Source: Planctomycetota bacterium (lineage in GTDB: Bacteria; Planctomycetota; UBA1135; UBA2386). From it: a stretch of 64,000 nt of DNA. Every line of letters starts with the position of its first letter. Position 1 is the first letter of the stretch. Made by a program: the position numbers and the translations under genes. Below are positions 54,020 to 63,706 of this stretch, piece after piece. The stretch spans positions 1,785,484-1,849,483 of the forward strand of contig JBKAGP010000001.1 of assembly GCA_046290465.1 (NCBI GenBank), written 5' to 3'. A model generated the notes under the pieces. The model was not told the DNA's origin. It made no database searches and saw only the letters and a program-made list of their open reading frames with translations.

Positions 54020-54112
54020 CGGCGGCGATCGTAGGCACGTATCGCCGCCCACGCCCGTCGTTTTCGGCGCGGCCCGGTGGCGCGCTTGTGCCGCTGCCCG
54101 TCGGCCGCGAAC

Positions 54113-54976
54113 ATGGACGCGACCGTTCGGCGGCTCGATGTCCGACGCCGCCGAGTGGCAGGCCTGCCATTGAGCGAACCCGAGCATCCCCGATCACCGA
54201 CCGGCGCCGCCGCGCGCCGGCTGGCCAGCGGCCGCCGCGACCTGCTCATCGAGGAGGCGCCGCTGCTGCTCGACGTGCACGGCCAGCAGCTGTTGACGAT
54301 GCGCACGCCGGGCCGCGACGAGGACCTCGCGCGCGGCTTCCTGCTCGGCGAGGGCATCGTGCGTTCGGTCGACGAGATCGTCGCGATCGCGTGCACCGCC
54401 GGCGACGAACGGGATCCCGCGACGGCGCGCGTGCAGCTGACGGCGCAGCCCGCCGGGCTCGCCAAGGCGCGGCTGGCGCGCACCCACGAGATCCGCAGTT
54501 CGTGCGGCGCCTGCGGCATCGCCGACCCGCAAGCCCTGCTCGACGACGCGCCGGCGCTGCTGCCCGGCGTGCCGCGGCTCGCCGCAACCACGCTGACCAC
54601 GCTGACGGCCGAGCTAACCGCGAGGCAGCAGCTGTTCGCGCTGACCGGCGGTTGCCACGGCGCCCTGCTGGCGACCGCCGATGGCACCGTCGTCGCCAGC
54701 GGCGAGGACGTCGGCCGCCACAACGCGCTCGACAAGGCGATCGGCGAGGCTGCCCACAAGGGCGTAGCGCTTTCGGAATGCATCGCGGTGCTCTCGGGCC
54801 GCGCCGGCTTCGATCTGGTCGTCAAGTGCCTGCGGACCCGGATCGCGGTTATCGTCTCGGTCTCGGCGCCGAGCGCCCTGGCCTTCGACCTGTGCGAAGC
54901 CGCGGGCGCGACCCTGGTCGGCTTCGTGCGCGGTGACCGCCACGAGGTCTACTGCGGCGCCGAACGCCTCCGCTGA
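54113..54976 (+). CDS. fdhD: Formate dehydrogenase accessory sulfurtransferase FdhD
   Basis: Motifs GFLLGEGIV, SSCGACG, GRHNALDK and SAPSALAFDLCEAAGATLVGFVRG are present. I chose the ATG at 54113; the ORF-track start at 54077 is GTG. Confidence 0.9.
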   Translation: MDATVRRLDVRRRRVAGLPLSEPEHPRSPTGAAARRLASGRRDLLIEEAPLLLDVHGQQLLTMRTPGRDEDLARGFLLGEGIVRSVDEIVAIACTAGDERDPATARVQLTAQPAGLAKARLARTHEIRSSCGACGIADPQALLDDAPALLPGVPRLAATTLTTLTAELTARQQLFALTGGCHGALLATADGTVVASGEDVGRHNALDKAIGEAAHKGVALSECIAVLSGRAGFDLVVKCLRTRIAVIVSVSAPSALAFDLCEAAGATLVGFVRGDRHEVYCGAERLR

Positions 54977-54987
54977 ACGGACCTCCC

Positions 54988-55437
54988 TTGCAAGCACTGC
55001 GCACGATCCTGCTGACCCTGTCGCTGCTGGCCACCGCAACGGCCCAGGACGCCGCACCGCCGGAGAACCCGGCGCTGCGCTACCAGACGATCTTCTGGTC
55101 GACGGTCGCCGCGTTCGGACTCGGCGCCGCGATCCTGCTGTGGCGCATGCACGCGCTGCAGGTCGCCGCCCACCGCGAGCAGCGCGAAGGCAACGCGCGC
55201 CTCGAGCAGGCACTGTCGCAGGTGCGCGAGCTGCGCGGCCTGCTGCCGATCTGTGCCCACTGCAAGTCGATCCGCGACGACGCCGGCTACTGGCACCGCA
55301 TCGAGGCCTACCTGACACAGCACTCCAAGGCGTCGCTGTCGCACGGCATCTGCCCCACCTGCGCCGACGACCACTACCCCGAGCTGGGCATTGACGCCGA
55401 GACCGGGCAGCCACCGATGGACCGCGAGGCCGGCTAG
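54988..55437 (+). CDS. Small membrane-anchored protein with coiled coil and C-terminal four-cysteine module
   Basis: The TTG start at 54988 lies 11 nt after the fdhD stop, and there is no upstream in-frame ATG. It gives the signal (M)QALRTILLTLSLLATATAQD. A TM segment FWSTVAAFGLGAAILLW follows, then LPICAHCKSIRDDAGYWHRIEAYLTQHSKASLSHGICPTCAD. Confidence 0.65.
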   Translation: MQALRTILLTLSLLATATAQDAAPPENPALRYQTIFWSTVAAFGLGAAILLWRMHALQVAAHREQREGNARLEQALSQVRELRGLLPICAHCKSIRDDAGYWHRIEAYLTQHSKASLSHGICPTCADDHYPELGIDAETGQPPMDREAG

Positions 55438-55520
55438 CGGGCAAAGCCCCGTCCGCAAGCGTACACGCCGCTTCCGCGATCACGGTTGGCAGCGCGTCCA
55501 CGTCATGGACGCGCTCCTGA
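55435..55520. repeat. REP-like 86-bp intergenic element, copy D
   Basis: It has the same orientation as copy B and differs at 4 of 86 positions: 2 in the hairpin loop (CGTCA vs CTACA), 1 in the spacer and 1 at the far end. Its first TAG is the stop of the four-Cys protein gene. Confidence 0.95.
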
Positions 55521-55529
55521 CGACGCACG

Positions 55530-56507
55530 TCAGCGCTTCGGCGCCGGCGCGTCGGCGACGCAGCGGAAGCCGGTGTGGCAGAGCGACGTGTCCGGCGTCG
55601 ACTTCATCCGCGTGCCCGGCAGGTAGCCGAGGCAGTAGACGTCGCTGCACAAGAACGACCCGCCGCGCATGACCCGCTTCTGGGCACCGGGCTCCTGCGG
55701 GTCATGGCTGCGCGCCGGGCCCTTCGGATCGACGAGCACCTGCTTGCCGTCGCCGTAGCCGCGCGGGTGGTACCAGTCCTGGCACCACTCCCAGACGTTG
55801 CCGGACATGCCGTAGAGGCCGTAGCCGTTGGCGGCGAACGAACGCGCCGGCGCGGTCGCCTCGTAGCCGTCGGCGGCGGTGTTGTTCTGCGGGAAGTCGC
55901 CGTTCCAGATGTTGGCCGGCAGCTTGCCGCCCACCTTCTGCTCGCTGCCCCACACGTAGCGCTTGCGGTCGAGGCCGCCGCGCGCGGCGAACTCCCACTC
56001 GGCCTCGGTCGGCAGGCGCTTCTTGGCCCACTTGGCGTAGGCGGTCGCGTCCCGCCAGCTGACGTGCACGACCGGGTGCTTGCCGAGCCCGTCGAGCGAC
56101 GATCCCGGCCCGGTCGGGTGCTGCCAGTCGGCGCCGGGCACGAACGACCACCACTGCCAGAACTCGCGCAGGTCGACCGCCTCGGGCGGCGGCGTGAACA
56201 CCAGCGAACCCGCCACCAGCAGGTCCTCGGGCACGCCCGGCACCTCCTCCTTGGTCGGCTTGCGCTCGGCGTCGGTGACGTAGCCGGTCGCCAGCACGAA
56301 GGCGCGGAACTGGTCGTTGGTCACCTCGGTGCGGTCCATCCAGAACCCCGACACCTTGACCCGGTGCAGCGGCGCATCCCAGTCGCCGTTCTGGCTGCCG
56401 AGCGTGGCCTCGCCGCCGGCGACCCAGACCATGCCGGCCGTCGACGGCCCGGCCTGCTGGGCGCACACCAACGACGTCAGCAGGACGAACGGCACGAGGC
56501 TTCGCAT
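55530..56507 (-). CDS. Formylglycine-generating enzyme family protein (SUMF1/FGE-sulfatase domain), secreted
   Basis: Motifs FWMDRTEVTNDQF, LPTEAEWEFAARGG, GNVWEWCQDWY and RVMRGGSF are present. The signal peptide is MRSLVPFVLLTSLVCAQQ. Confidence 0.9.
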   Translation of the reverse strand: MRSLVPFVLLTSLVCAQQAGPSTAGMVWVAGGEATLGSQNGDWDAPLHRVKVSGFWMDRTEVTNDQFRAFVLATGYVTDAERKPTKEEVPGVPEDLLVAGSLVFTPPPEAVDLREFWQWWSFVPGADWQHPTGPGSSLDGLGKHPVVHVSWRDATAYAKWAKKRLPTEAEWEFAARGGLDRKRYVWGSEQKVGGKLPANIWNGDFPQNNTAADGYEATAPARSFAANGYGLYGMSGNVWEWCQDWYHPRGYGDGKQVLVDPKGPARSHDPQEPGAQKRVMRGGSFLCSDVYCLGYLPGTRMKSTPDTSLCHTGFRCVADAPAPKR

Positions 56508-56610
56508 GCCGCCATCGTCGCCCGGCCCGCGCCGCGCGGCAACCGTCGGGGCCGCGGCACGGCAGATCCCCCCAGCGCCAGATTGCGCGGGTGGCAGCCC
56601 CCCGACCGGC

Positions 56611-58500
56611 CTAGCCTTCGGTCCGGTTGCTGAACAGCGCCGGCGTCGCGCCGCGGTAGTCGAGCCAGCCGATCCAGACGCGCGCGCTGTCGACCAGCAG
56701 CTGCGGCAGGTCCTGCGCAGCGGTGCCGTCGCCGAACGTGACCGGCGGCGTGAACGTCACGCCGAGGTCGACCGAACTCGCGAACTTGATCCGGCCCGGA
56801 CCCGTGCCACCGCCGACCAGCCCGCCGCGCCACGCGGCAAACAGGTAGTTGCCGCTGGCCTGCAGCGCCGGCCGCGACGGCGACTCGACCGTGTCGCTGA
56901 GCGTCACGTGCTCGGGCAGGGCGCCGGCGCCGCCGATGCGCGAGAACGCGACGTTCTGGCCGGCCAGGTAGGCGGCGAACAGGCGATCGCCCTCGCAGAC
57001 CACCGTCACGTCGAAGATCGTGCCGATGTCGTTGGGTCGGAACACCGACGGCAGCGTCGGCCAGCCGAGCGCCGAGTTCTCGGAGATCATGTACTGCAGC
57101 TGGCCGTCGCGCACCCAGACCAGGTTGACGCGCGCGCCGTCGTTGCAGAGCGAGATGTCGCCGATGCCGATGCTGACCGCGCTGCGCAGCACGCCCGCCG
57201 TCCAGAGGATGCCGCCGTCGGTCGAGCGCGACGTGTAGACGCCTGGACCGGTGCCCGGCGCCGAACCGAACGCGATCCAGGCAGCCGTCTGGTTGCAGCC
57301 GATCGCGTGCATCTCCTGGTTGGCGCCCTGCTCGCTGACCACGCCCCCGGTCTGCCAGACCCCGCCGTTGTTCGGCGTCGAGGTCGCGTGCACGCGCTGC
57401 TGGCCGAGGCCGAACGAGCCCTGCAGCCAGGCGCAGTAGACCCGCGAGCCGGCGCGCGCCAGGCGCGGCCGCGACACGGTCGCGCCGCCCGCAGCGGGAT
57501 TGAGCGTCACCGCCGCGTCGAACGTCTGGCCGCCGTCGAGAGAGGCGCGGGCCAGCATGTCGGTGCCGTTGCCGACCCAGGCGACCACCAGCTCGTCGCC
57601 GAGCATCGAGATCTGCGCCGCGCTCGGCACCTCGCCGCTGCTCAGCGTCTGCGGCGCCGACCAGGTCGCACCGCCGTCGATCGAACGCTGGTGCACCAGC
57701 GCGCCTGCCTCGACCCAGACGGCCTGCAGCGTCGCGCCTTCGTTGGCGGTCACCAGCTGCGAGCCGGCCCCCGCGTCGAGCGCGACGTCGGCGGCGAACA
57801 GGTCGACCGGGTACTGGTACATCGTGAACGCGTTGCCGGGCAGCGCGTCGCTGCCGAACGCGTTCTGCACGCCGACCGAGTTGGCGCCGAGCAGGCCCGG
57901 CGACGGCGTCGTGCAGGTCAGCGTGCTGTCGTTGACGACCGTGACGTCGCCTGCTGCCGCACCCCCGAACGACGCGGTGGTATTGACCGCGTTGCCAAGC
58001 AGCAGCGACGTGCCGGTGATGGTCGCGCCCTGCGGCGCGCTGACGAACGCGCTGCTCGGCGTGACCCCGGTGATGGTCGGCGCACCGCTGCGCACGAACA
58101 GGATGTCGATCGCCGCAGCGCCGCCGCGCGGATCCTCGACCAGCAGGTTGAGCGACGCCGAGGCCGGCGCGGCGACCGCGGCCAGGTCGATCGTGAACGT
58201 CGGCCCGGTCACCGGCGAAGCGAACGTCAGCCCGGCCGCGGTCTGGGCACTGCCGCTGACCGCGACGTTCCAGGTCAGCGTGTCCGCGTTCGGGTCGGTG
58301 GCCGTGAACGTCAGCGAGTCGGTCGCGCCGGTCGCGAGCACGTAGTTGAACTGCACCGGACCGCCGCTGAGCCCTGGCGCGGGCGCCAGCAGCGGCGGGT
58401 CGTTCGGCTCGGCGGGCGGCTCGCCGCCACCACCACCACCACCGCCGCCGCAGGCGGTGAGCACGAACAGGGACGCGAGCGCGATCGGAAGAGGACGCAT
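56611..58500 (-). CDS. Lipoprotein with Ig-like/IPT domains and BNR (Asp-box) beta-propeller (sialidase-fold like)
   Basis: The lipobox LFVLTAC is followed by a G9 linker (CCA/CCG repeat at about 58425..58455). The Asp-boxes are SIDGGATWS, SLDGGQTF, STDGGILW and SVDLGVTF. Confidence 0.8.
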   Translation of the reverse strand: MRPLPIALASLFVLTACGGGGGGGGGEPPAEPNDPPLLAPAPGLSGGPVQFNYVLATGATDSLTFTATDPNADTLTWNVAVSGSAQTAAGLTFASPVTGPTFTIDLAAVAAPASASLNLLVEDPRGGAAAIDILFVRSGAPTITGVTPSSAFVSAPQGATITGTSLLLGNAVNTTASFGGAAAGDVTVVNDSTLTCTTPSPGLLGANSVGVQNAFGSDALPGNAFTMYQYPVDLFAADVALDAGAGSQLVTANEGATLQAVWVEAGALVHQRSIDGGATWSAPQTLSSGEVPSAAQISMLGDELVVAWVGNGTDMLARASLDGGQTFDAAVTLNPAAGGATVSRPRLARAGSRVYCAWLQGSFGLGQQRVHATSTPNNGGVWQTGGVVSEQGANQEMHAIGCNQTAAWIAFGSAPGTGPGVYTSRSTDGGILWTAGVLRSAVSIGIGDISLCNDGARVNLVWVRDGQLQYMISENSALGWPTLPSVFRPNDIGTIFDVTVVCEGDRLFAAYLAGQNVAFSRIGGAGALPEHVTLSDTVESPSRPALQASGNYLFAAWRGGLVGGGTGPGRIKFASSVDLGVTFTPPVTFGDGTAAQDLPQLLVDSARVWIGWLDYRGATPALFSNRTEG

Positions 58501-58631
58501 GGCTGTGGCACCTTAGCCCGCATGCGAACGCGCGTTTCCGCTCACGGCCGCTTTTTTGCGGCCGCCGCGGCGCTCGGGACCCCATCCGCCGGCGACATCG
58601 GCGCTTCGCCGCCGCGCCGGATGCGCCGCCG

Positions 58632-59186
58632 TCAGACGGTCTGCACCGGCCCCGGACTCACCGCGAGCACCGCCGCCAGGTGGGCGGCCAGCGTCGACTC
58701 GAGCGCGTGCAGCGCGCGGGCCTGCGGCAGCAGGCTCTCGCTCGCCTCGTCGAAGATGCAGGCGGTGATCGCACCGCGCACGTACTCGACCAGCGCGCGC
58801 GCCGGCGCCTCCATGCCGAGCCGGTCCGGGCCGGTGCCGCACAGCAGCGGCAGCCACTGCGTCGCCGCCTGGTGGCAGGTCGACGCGTCGGCGCGGCCCT
58901 CGCAGATAGTCAGCAGCCACGAACGCGCGGCGCGGCGGCGGCGGTTGAGCACCGACAGCTGGATCGGCTGCGGGCGCAGCGCCTTCTCGTTGTGGCGGGC
59001 GATCGTCCGGTCGACGACGCTGCGCACGACGTGCGGCAGGCGCGGTTCGAACGCGCGCTGCAGTTCGGCCACGCCGCGGGCATCGGGCCCTCGCCCGGGC
59101 GACGACGGTGCTGCGGGCTCGAGATACAGGAACGGGCGCGGCTCGCGGCTCGCCGTCGTGTCCGGATACGTCTCCGACTTCGTCAT
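58632..59186 (-). CDS. Hypothetical protein (184 aa)
   Basis: The gene has an ATG start at 59186 and non-shadow composition. It sits 33 nt downstream of pabC on the same strand. No family was recognised. Confidence 0.5.
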   Translation of the reverse strand: MTKSETYPDTTASREPRPFLYLEPAAPSSPGRGPDARGVAELQRAFEPRLPHVVRSVVDRTIARHNEKALRPQPIQLSVLNRRRRAARSWLLTICEGRADASTCHQAATQWLPLLCGTGPDRLGMEAPARALVEYVRGAITACIFDEASESLLPQARALHALESTLAAHLAAVLAVSPGPVQTV

Positions 59187-59219
59187 GCCGACGCTATCGG
59201 CGCGATCGGGCCCGCGGCT

Positions 59220-59996
59220 TCAGCCCGCCGTCGCCTGCCGCCACAGCGCGCCGAGGCCACTGTCGACGATCTCGACAGCGGCCAGCTCGCCGAGCAGGCA
59301 CGCGGGCCGCGGACCGTAGACGGCGTTGCTGTGCGCGATCGCGTCGGCGCGGTGCAGATCGGCCAGGGTCACGGCCCGTTCTTCGCACCGAAGCCCGGCG
59401 TCCCGCGCCCGTTCGAGCAGCAGCTGGCGGGCGATGCCGGGCAGCACCCGGCCGTCGAGCGGCGGCGTGACCCAGACGCCGTCGAGCCGCAGCCACAGGT
59501 TGCCGAGCGCCGCCTCGAGCACCGCGCCGTCGAGGCCGACCACGATGCCGTCGTCGGCCTCGCCGTCCTGCGCCTGCTGGCGGACCTGGTCGTAGAAGCG
59601 CCGCGGCTCCGCCTTGACGTCGCCCGGCGGCGCGTCGTGCGGCCGTTCGACGATCGTCGGCAGCAGCTTGACGGTGCGGATCGGCGAGCGCGCGCGCGAG
59701 CTGAGCACCACGCGCACCGGGCCGGCCGACGCGTCGTCGTCGGGCACCAGCGACAGCCGCAGCACGTCGTCGGCGTGGCCGTTCTTGAGCAGCACCTCGG
59801 CGGCCGCCGCGCGCAGCTCGGGCGTCGGCGCGAACGGCAGGCCGAGGCGCCGCGCGGTGCCGACGAGCCGGTCGAGGTGGCGCGACCACAGCGGCACGTC
59901 GCCGTCGTGCGCCCCCATCGTCTCGAACGGGGCGATCGCCTTGCTGCGCGGCACGGTCGAGCCGCCCTGCAGTTCGCCGTCTATCCAGATGGTCAT
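59220..59996 (-). CDS. pabC: Aminodeoxychorismate lyase / class IV aminotransferase-fold protein
   Basis: The sequence resembles PabC/IlvE-fold proteins (GNLWLRLDGVWVTPPLDGRVLPGIARQLLLERA...). It lies immediately downstream of pabB. The ATG at 59996 is inside copy 1 of the 17-bp repeat. Confidence 0.75.
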   Translation of the reverse strand: MTIWIDGELQGGSTVPRSKAIAPFETMGAHDGDVPLWSRHLDRLVGTARRLGLPFAPTPELRAAAAEVLLKNGHADDVLRLSLVPDDDASAGPVRVVLSSRARSPIRTVKLLPTIVERPHDAPPGDVKAEPRRFYDQVRQQAQDGEADDGIVVGLDGAVLEAALGNLWLRLDGVWVTPPLDGRVLPGIARQLLLERARDAGLRCEERAVTLADLHRADAIAHSNAVYGPRPACLLGELAAVEIVDSGLGALWRQATAG

Positions 59997-60068
59997 GGGT
60001 TCCAGATGGTCAGGGGTTCCAGATGGTCAGGAGTTCCGGATGGTCAGGGGTTCCGGATGGTCAGGGGT
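59984..60068. repeat. 17-bp tandem repeat x5 spanning the pabB stop and pabC start
   Basis: The units are tccagatggtcatgggt, tccagatggtcaggggt, tccagatggtcaggagt, tccggatggtcaggggt and tccggatggtcaggggt. On the minus strand the unit is ACCCCTGACCATCTGGA. Confidence 0.95.
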
Positions 60069-61259
60069 TGGGCTCCGCGGGGATCTGCACCCGGTTCTGC
60101 AGCGCGCGCTCCAGACCGACCATCTTCGCCAACGACTCGCGCCATTCCAGGTGCGGGTCGCTGAGCGCCGTGATGCCGCCGCCGGCGTTGCCGCGCACGG
60201 TGCCGTCGCGGTGCACGAGCGTGCGGATGGCGATGTTGAGGTGCATGCGTTCGCCCGGGCCGAACCAGCCGATCGCGCCGGTGTAGACGCCGCGCCGCGC
60301 GACCTCGAGCGACTCGAGGATCTCGAGGCAGCGCAGCTTCGGGCAGCCGGTGATCGAGCCACCGGGGAACGTCGCGCGCAGCAGGTCGACCGCCGACACG
60401 CCGTCGCGCAGCGTCGCGGTCACGGTCGCGAACAGATGGTGCACCTGCGCGAACGACGCGTGCTGCGGGAACGGCCCCACCTGCACGGAGCCGGTCCGCG
60501 CGACCTTGCCGAGGTCGTTGCGCAGCAGGTCGACGATCATCGCCAGCTCGGCCTGGTCCTTCTCGCTGTCGAGCAGTTCGCGCAGCAGCGCCGCGTCGCG
60601 GTCGGGCTGCTCGCCGCGCGGTCGCGTGCCCTTGATCGGCAGCGTGCGCACGGCATCGCCGTCACGCCACAAGAACTCCTCGGGCGAGCTCGACAGCACC
60701 GCGGTGCCGTGGCCGTCCTCGACGTAGGCGGCGAACGGTGCCGGGCTCTGTTCGCACAGCCGCCAGAACAGCGCGCGCGGGTCGCCGTCGAAGCGGCCGG
60801 TGAACGGCTGCGTCAGGTTGGCCTGGAAGATGTCGCCGGCCCGGATGTGCTCGACCACCGCCGCGACCCGCCGTTCGTAGTCGGCGCGGCCGACGTGCGC
60901 GATCAGCCCGGTCGCGGCCGGCACCGCGGGCGCGCCGGCGGCCGTCGCGTCGGCGAACTCCTGCACGTCGGCGAACGCCGTCAGGTGCACCAGCGGCGCC
61001 CCCAGGTCGTCGGCGATCGTCGTCGGCCACGCCTCGACGTCGAGGCCAAGGTCGTAGCCGAGCCAGCCGACCACGCGCCGATCCCGGTGCGCGCGCAAGA
61101 ACGCGTCGACGCGATCGAAGGCCCCGCGCCAGTCGCCGGCCGCGATCGTCAGCGACGCGACCGGGTGGGTGCAGAGCCAGGTCGGCCCGACGCCGCCGCC
61201 GTGCAGCAGCGCGACCGGGCCGTCGCGCCGTGCTGCGAGCAGCGCGTCGAACGGCCGGT

Positions 61260-61263
<4 letters not shown>
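60061..61263 (-). CDS. pabB: Aminodeoxychorismate synthase component I (chorismate-binding enzyme)
   Basis: Motifs SSSPEEFL, PIKGTRPRG, SEKDQAELAMIVDLLRNDLG, FPGGSITGCPK and RGVYTGAIGW are present. The GTG start at 61263 overlaps the crotonase TGA (GTGA). Confidence 0.9.
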
Positions 61264-62046
<783 letters not shown>

Positions 62047-62054
<8 letters not shown>

Positions 62055-62619
62055 CGTTCTGCTCGCCTTCCGGGTTGCGTTCCTGACGCGGGCGCAGCTC
62101 GACGCGCTGGATCTCGACGCGCTCGGTCGGCACGCTCTGCTCGCCGCCGGGACCGAACTCGCACGGGATCGACGCGATCTCGTCGAGTACGTCGAGGCCG
62201 TCTTCGACCTTGCCGAACACCGTGTACTGGCCGTCGAGGAAACCCGCGTCGCCGTGCACGACGAAGAACTGCGAGCCGGCCGAGTTGGGATCCTGGGCGC
62301 GCGCCATCGACAGGATGCCGCGCTCGTGGTGGATGTCGTTGAACTCGGCGGGGACGTTGTAGCCCGGGCCGCCGGTGCCCGGCGTGCCGGTGGCGCCCTG
62401 CTTGCTGTTCGGGCAACCACCCTGGATCATGAAGTTGCGCACGATCCGGTGGAACGCGGTGCCGTCGTAGTAGCCGTCCTGCGAGAGCTTCAGGAAGCTC
62501 TTGACGTGCTGCGGCGCCTGTTCGGGGAAGAACGTCACGACCATCGTGCCCTTGTCGGTGACGAGGGCGGCCTCGATGGTCGCGTGATCGGTCGTTTCGA
62601 GGTCCATGGAGCGGGACAT
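62047..62619 (-). CDS. ppiB: Peptidyl-prolyl cis-trans isomerase, cyclophilin type (cytoplasmic)
   Basis: Motifs FHRIVRNFMIQGG, LSMARAQDPNSAGSQFFV and QYTVFGKV are present. Confidence 0.95.
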
Positions 62620-62646
62620 CGTGCCCGCTCCGGCCCCTTCAGGCGA

Positions 62647-63615
62647 CTACTTCTTCTTGACCGGCAGCACCACCGCGGCCTCGAGCACGACCGGCTGCTG
62701 CGGGGTCGAGCGCTGCGGGCCGCCGACCGCCACGTTAGCGATCGCGTCGAGCACGTCGGTGCCTTCGACCAGGTTGCCGAACGCCGAGTACTGGTTGTCC
62801 AGGTGCGGCGAGTCCTTGTGCACGATGAAGAAGCCCGAGCCGGCCGAGTTCGGATCCGACGTGCGGGCCATCGACAGCGTGCCCTTCAGGTGGCGCAGGT
62901 CGTTGAACTCGGCGTCGATCCGGTAGCCGGGACCGCCGCTGCCCCACTGCGCGCGCTTGGTCTCGTCCTTGGTGTTGGGGCAGCCGCCCTGGATCATGAA
63001 GTTGCGGATCACGCGGTGGAACTTGGTGCCGTCGTAGAAGCCCTGCAGGCACAGCTTGACGAAGTTCTCGACGTGGCGCGGCGCCTTGTCGGGGCGGAAG
63101 GCCAGCTGCATCTCGCCGTAGTTGGTGACCAGGATCACCTGGGTCTTGGCGAGGTCGAGCTGCTCGACCTTCACGTTCGAGCTGTCGGGCGCGACCTTGA
63201 AGGTGCAGTCGACGCCGACCTGGTCCTTCCAGCCGACCGCGACCACGGCCATCTCCTGGAGGTCCGGGTTGGCCATGAACGCCGACACCGGGAAGGTCAG
63301 CTGCCGCTCGATGCGCGTGCCCTTGACCAGCGGCACGGCGCCGCCCTTGCCGGGCTGGCTGATCGGGTTGGCCGGCTTGCCGCCGACCCGCACCGTCAGG
63401 TCCATGCCGTTGAGCATGGTCGCCGCGACCTCGGTGTCGCGGGAGACCTCGACCAGCAGCCGCAGGGTCACGTCCGCCTTCGCGGAGACAATCGCGGGAC
63501 CGGTCAGCGACATGCGCACGGCCGGCACTTCCTGGAGCACCGGCTTGTCCTGGGCGGAGACGGCCGCGGCCAGCGAGAGCGCGGCGGCGGTGACGACAGC
63601 GAGGAAGTTCTTCAT
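62647..63615 (-). CDS. Secreted cyclophilin-type PPIase with about 150-aa N-terminal beta-rich extension
   Basis: The signal is MKNFLAVVTAAALSLAAAVSAQ. The C-terminal half has FHRVIRNFMIQGG, LSMARTSDPNSAGSGFFI and QYSAFGNL. Confidence 0.9.
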   Translation of the reverse strand: MKNFLAVVTAAALSLAAAVSAQDKPVLQEVPAVRMSLTGPAIVSAKADVTLRLLVEVSRDTEVAATMLNGMDLTVRVGGKPANPISQPGKGGAVPLVKGTRIERQLTFPVSAFMANPDLQEMAVVAVGWKDQVGVDCTFKVAPDSSNVKVEQLDLAKTQVILVTNYGEMQLAFRPDKAPRHVENFVKLCLQGFYDGTKFHRVIRNFMIQGGCPNTKDETKRAQWGSGGPGYRIDAEFNDLRHLKGTLSMARTSDPNSAGSGFFIVHKDSPHLDNQYSAFGNLVEGTDVLDAIANVAVGGPQRSTPQQPVVLEAAVVLPVKKK

Positions 63616-63706
63616 CGGGAACGGATAGGGATTCTGGCCCCGAACGTAATCGAAGCCCCCGAACTTCCCAGCCCGTTCCCGGCGGCCGGCGGCCGGGATC
63701 CGCCGG

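Noticed and set aside
58540-58570. The CGGCCGC-TTTTTT-GCGGCCG hairpin between the hypothetical gene (stop at 58632) and the BNR lipoprotein start, as a possible terminator.
   Set aside because: The T/A run forms the loop, not a 3' tail, on either strand. No U-tract follows the stem on the minus strand, where a terminator would be needed.
59984-60068. The tandem repeat arrays (17-bp x5; 15-bp arrays at 20621, 27722 and 29611) as possible CRISPR arrays.
   Set aside because: The units are directly adjacent with no spacers, are only 15-17 bp long, lie in or at the edges of coding regions, and no cas genes are present.
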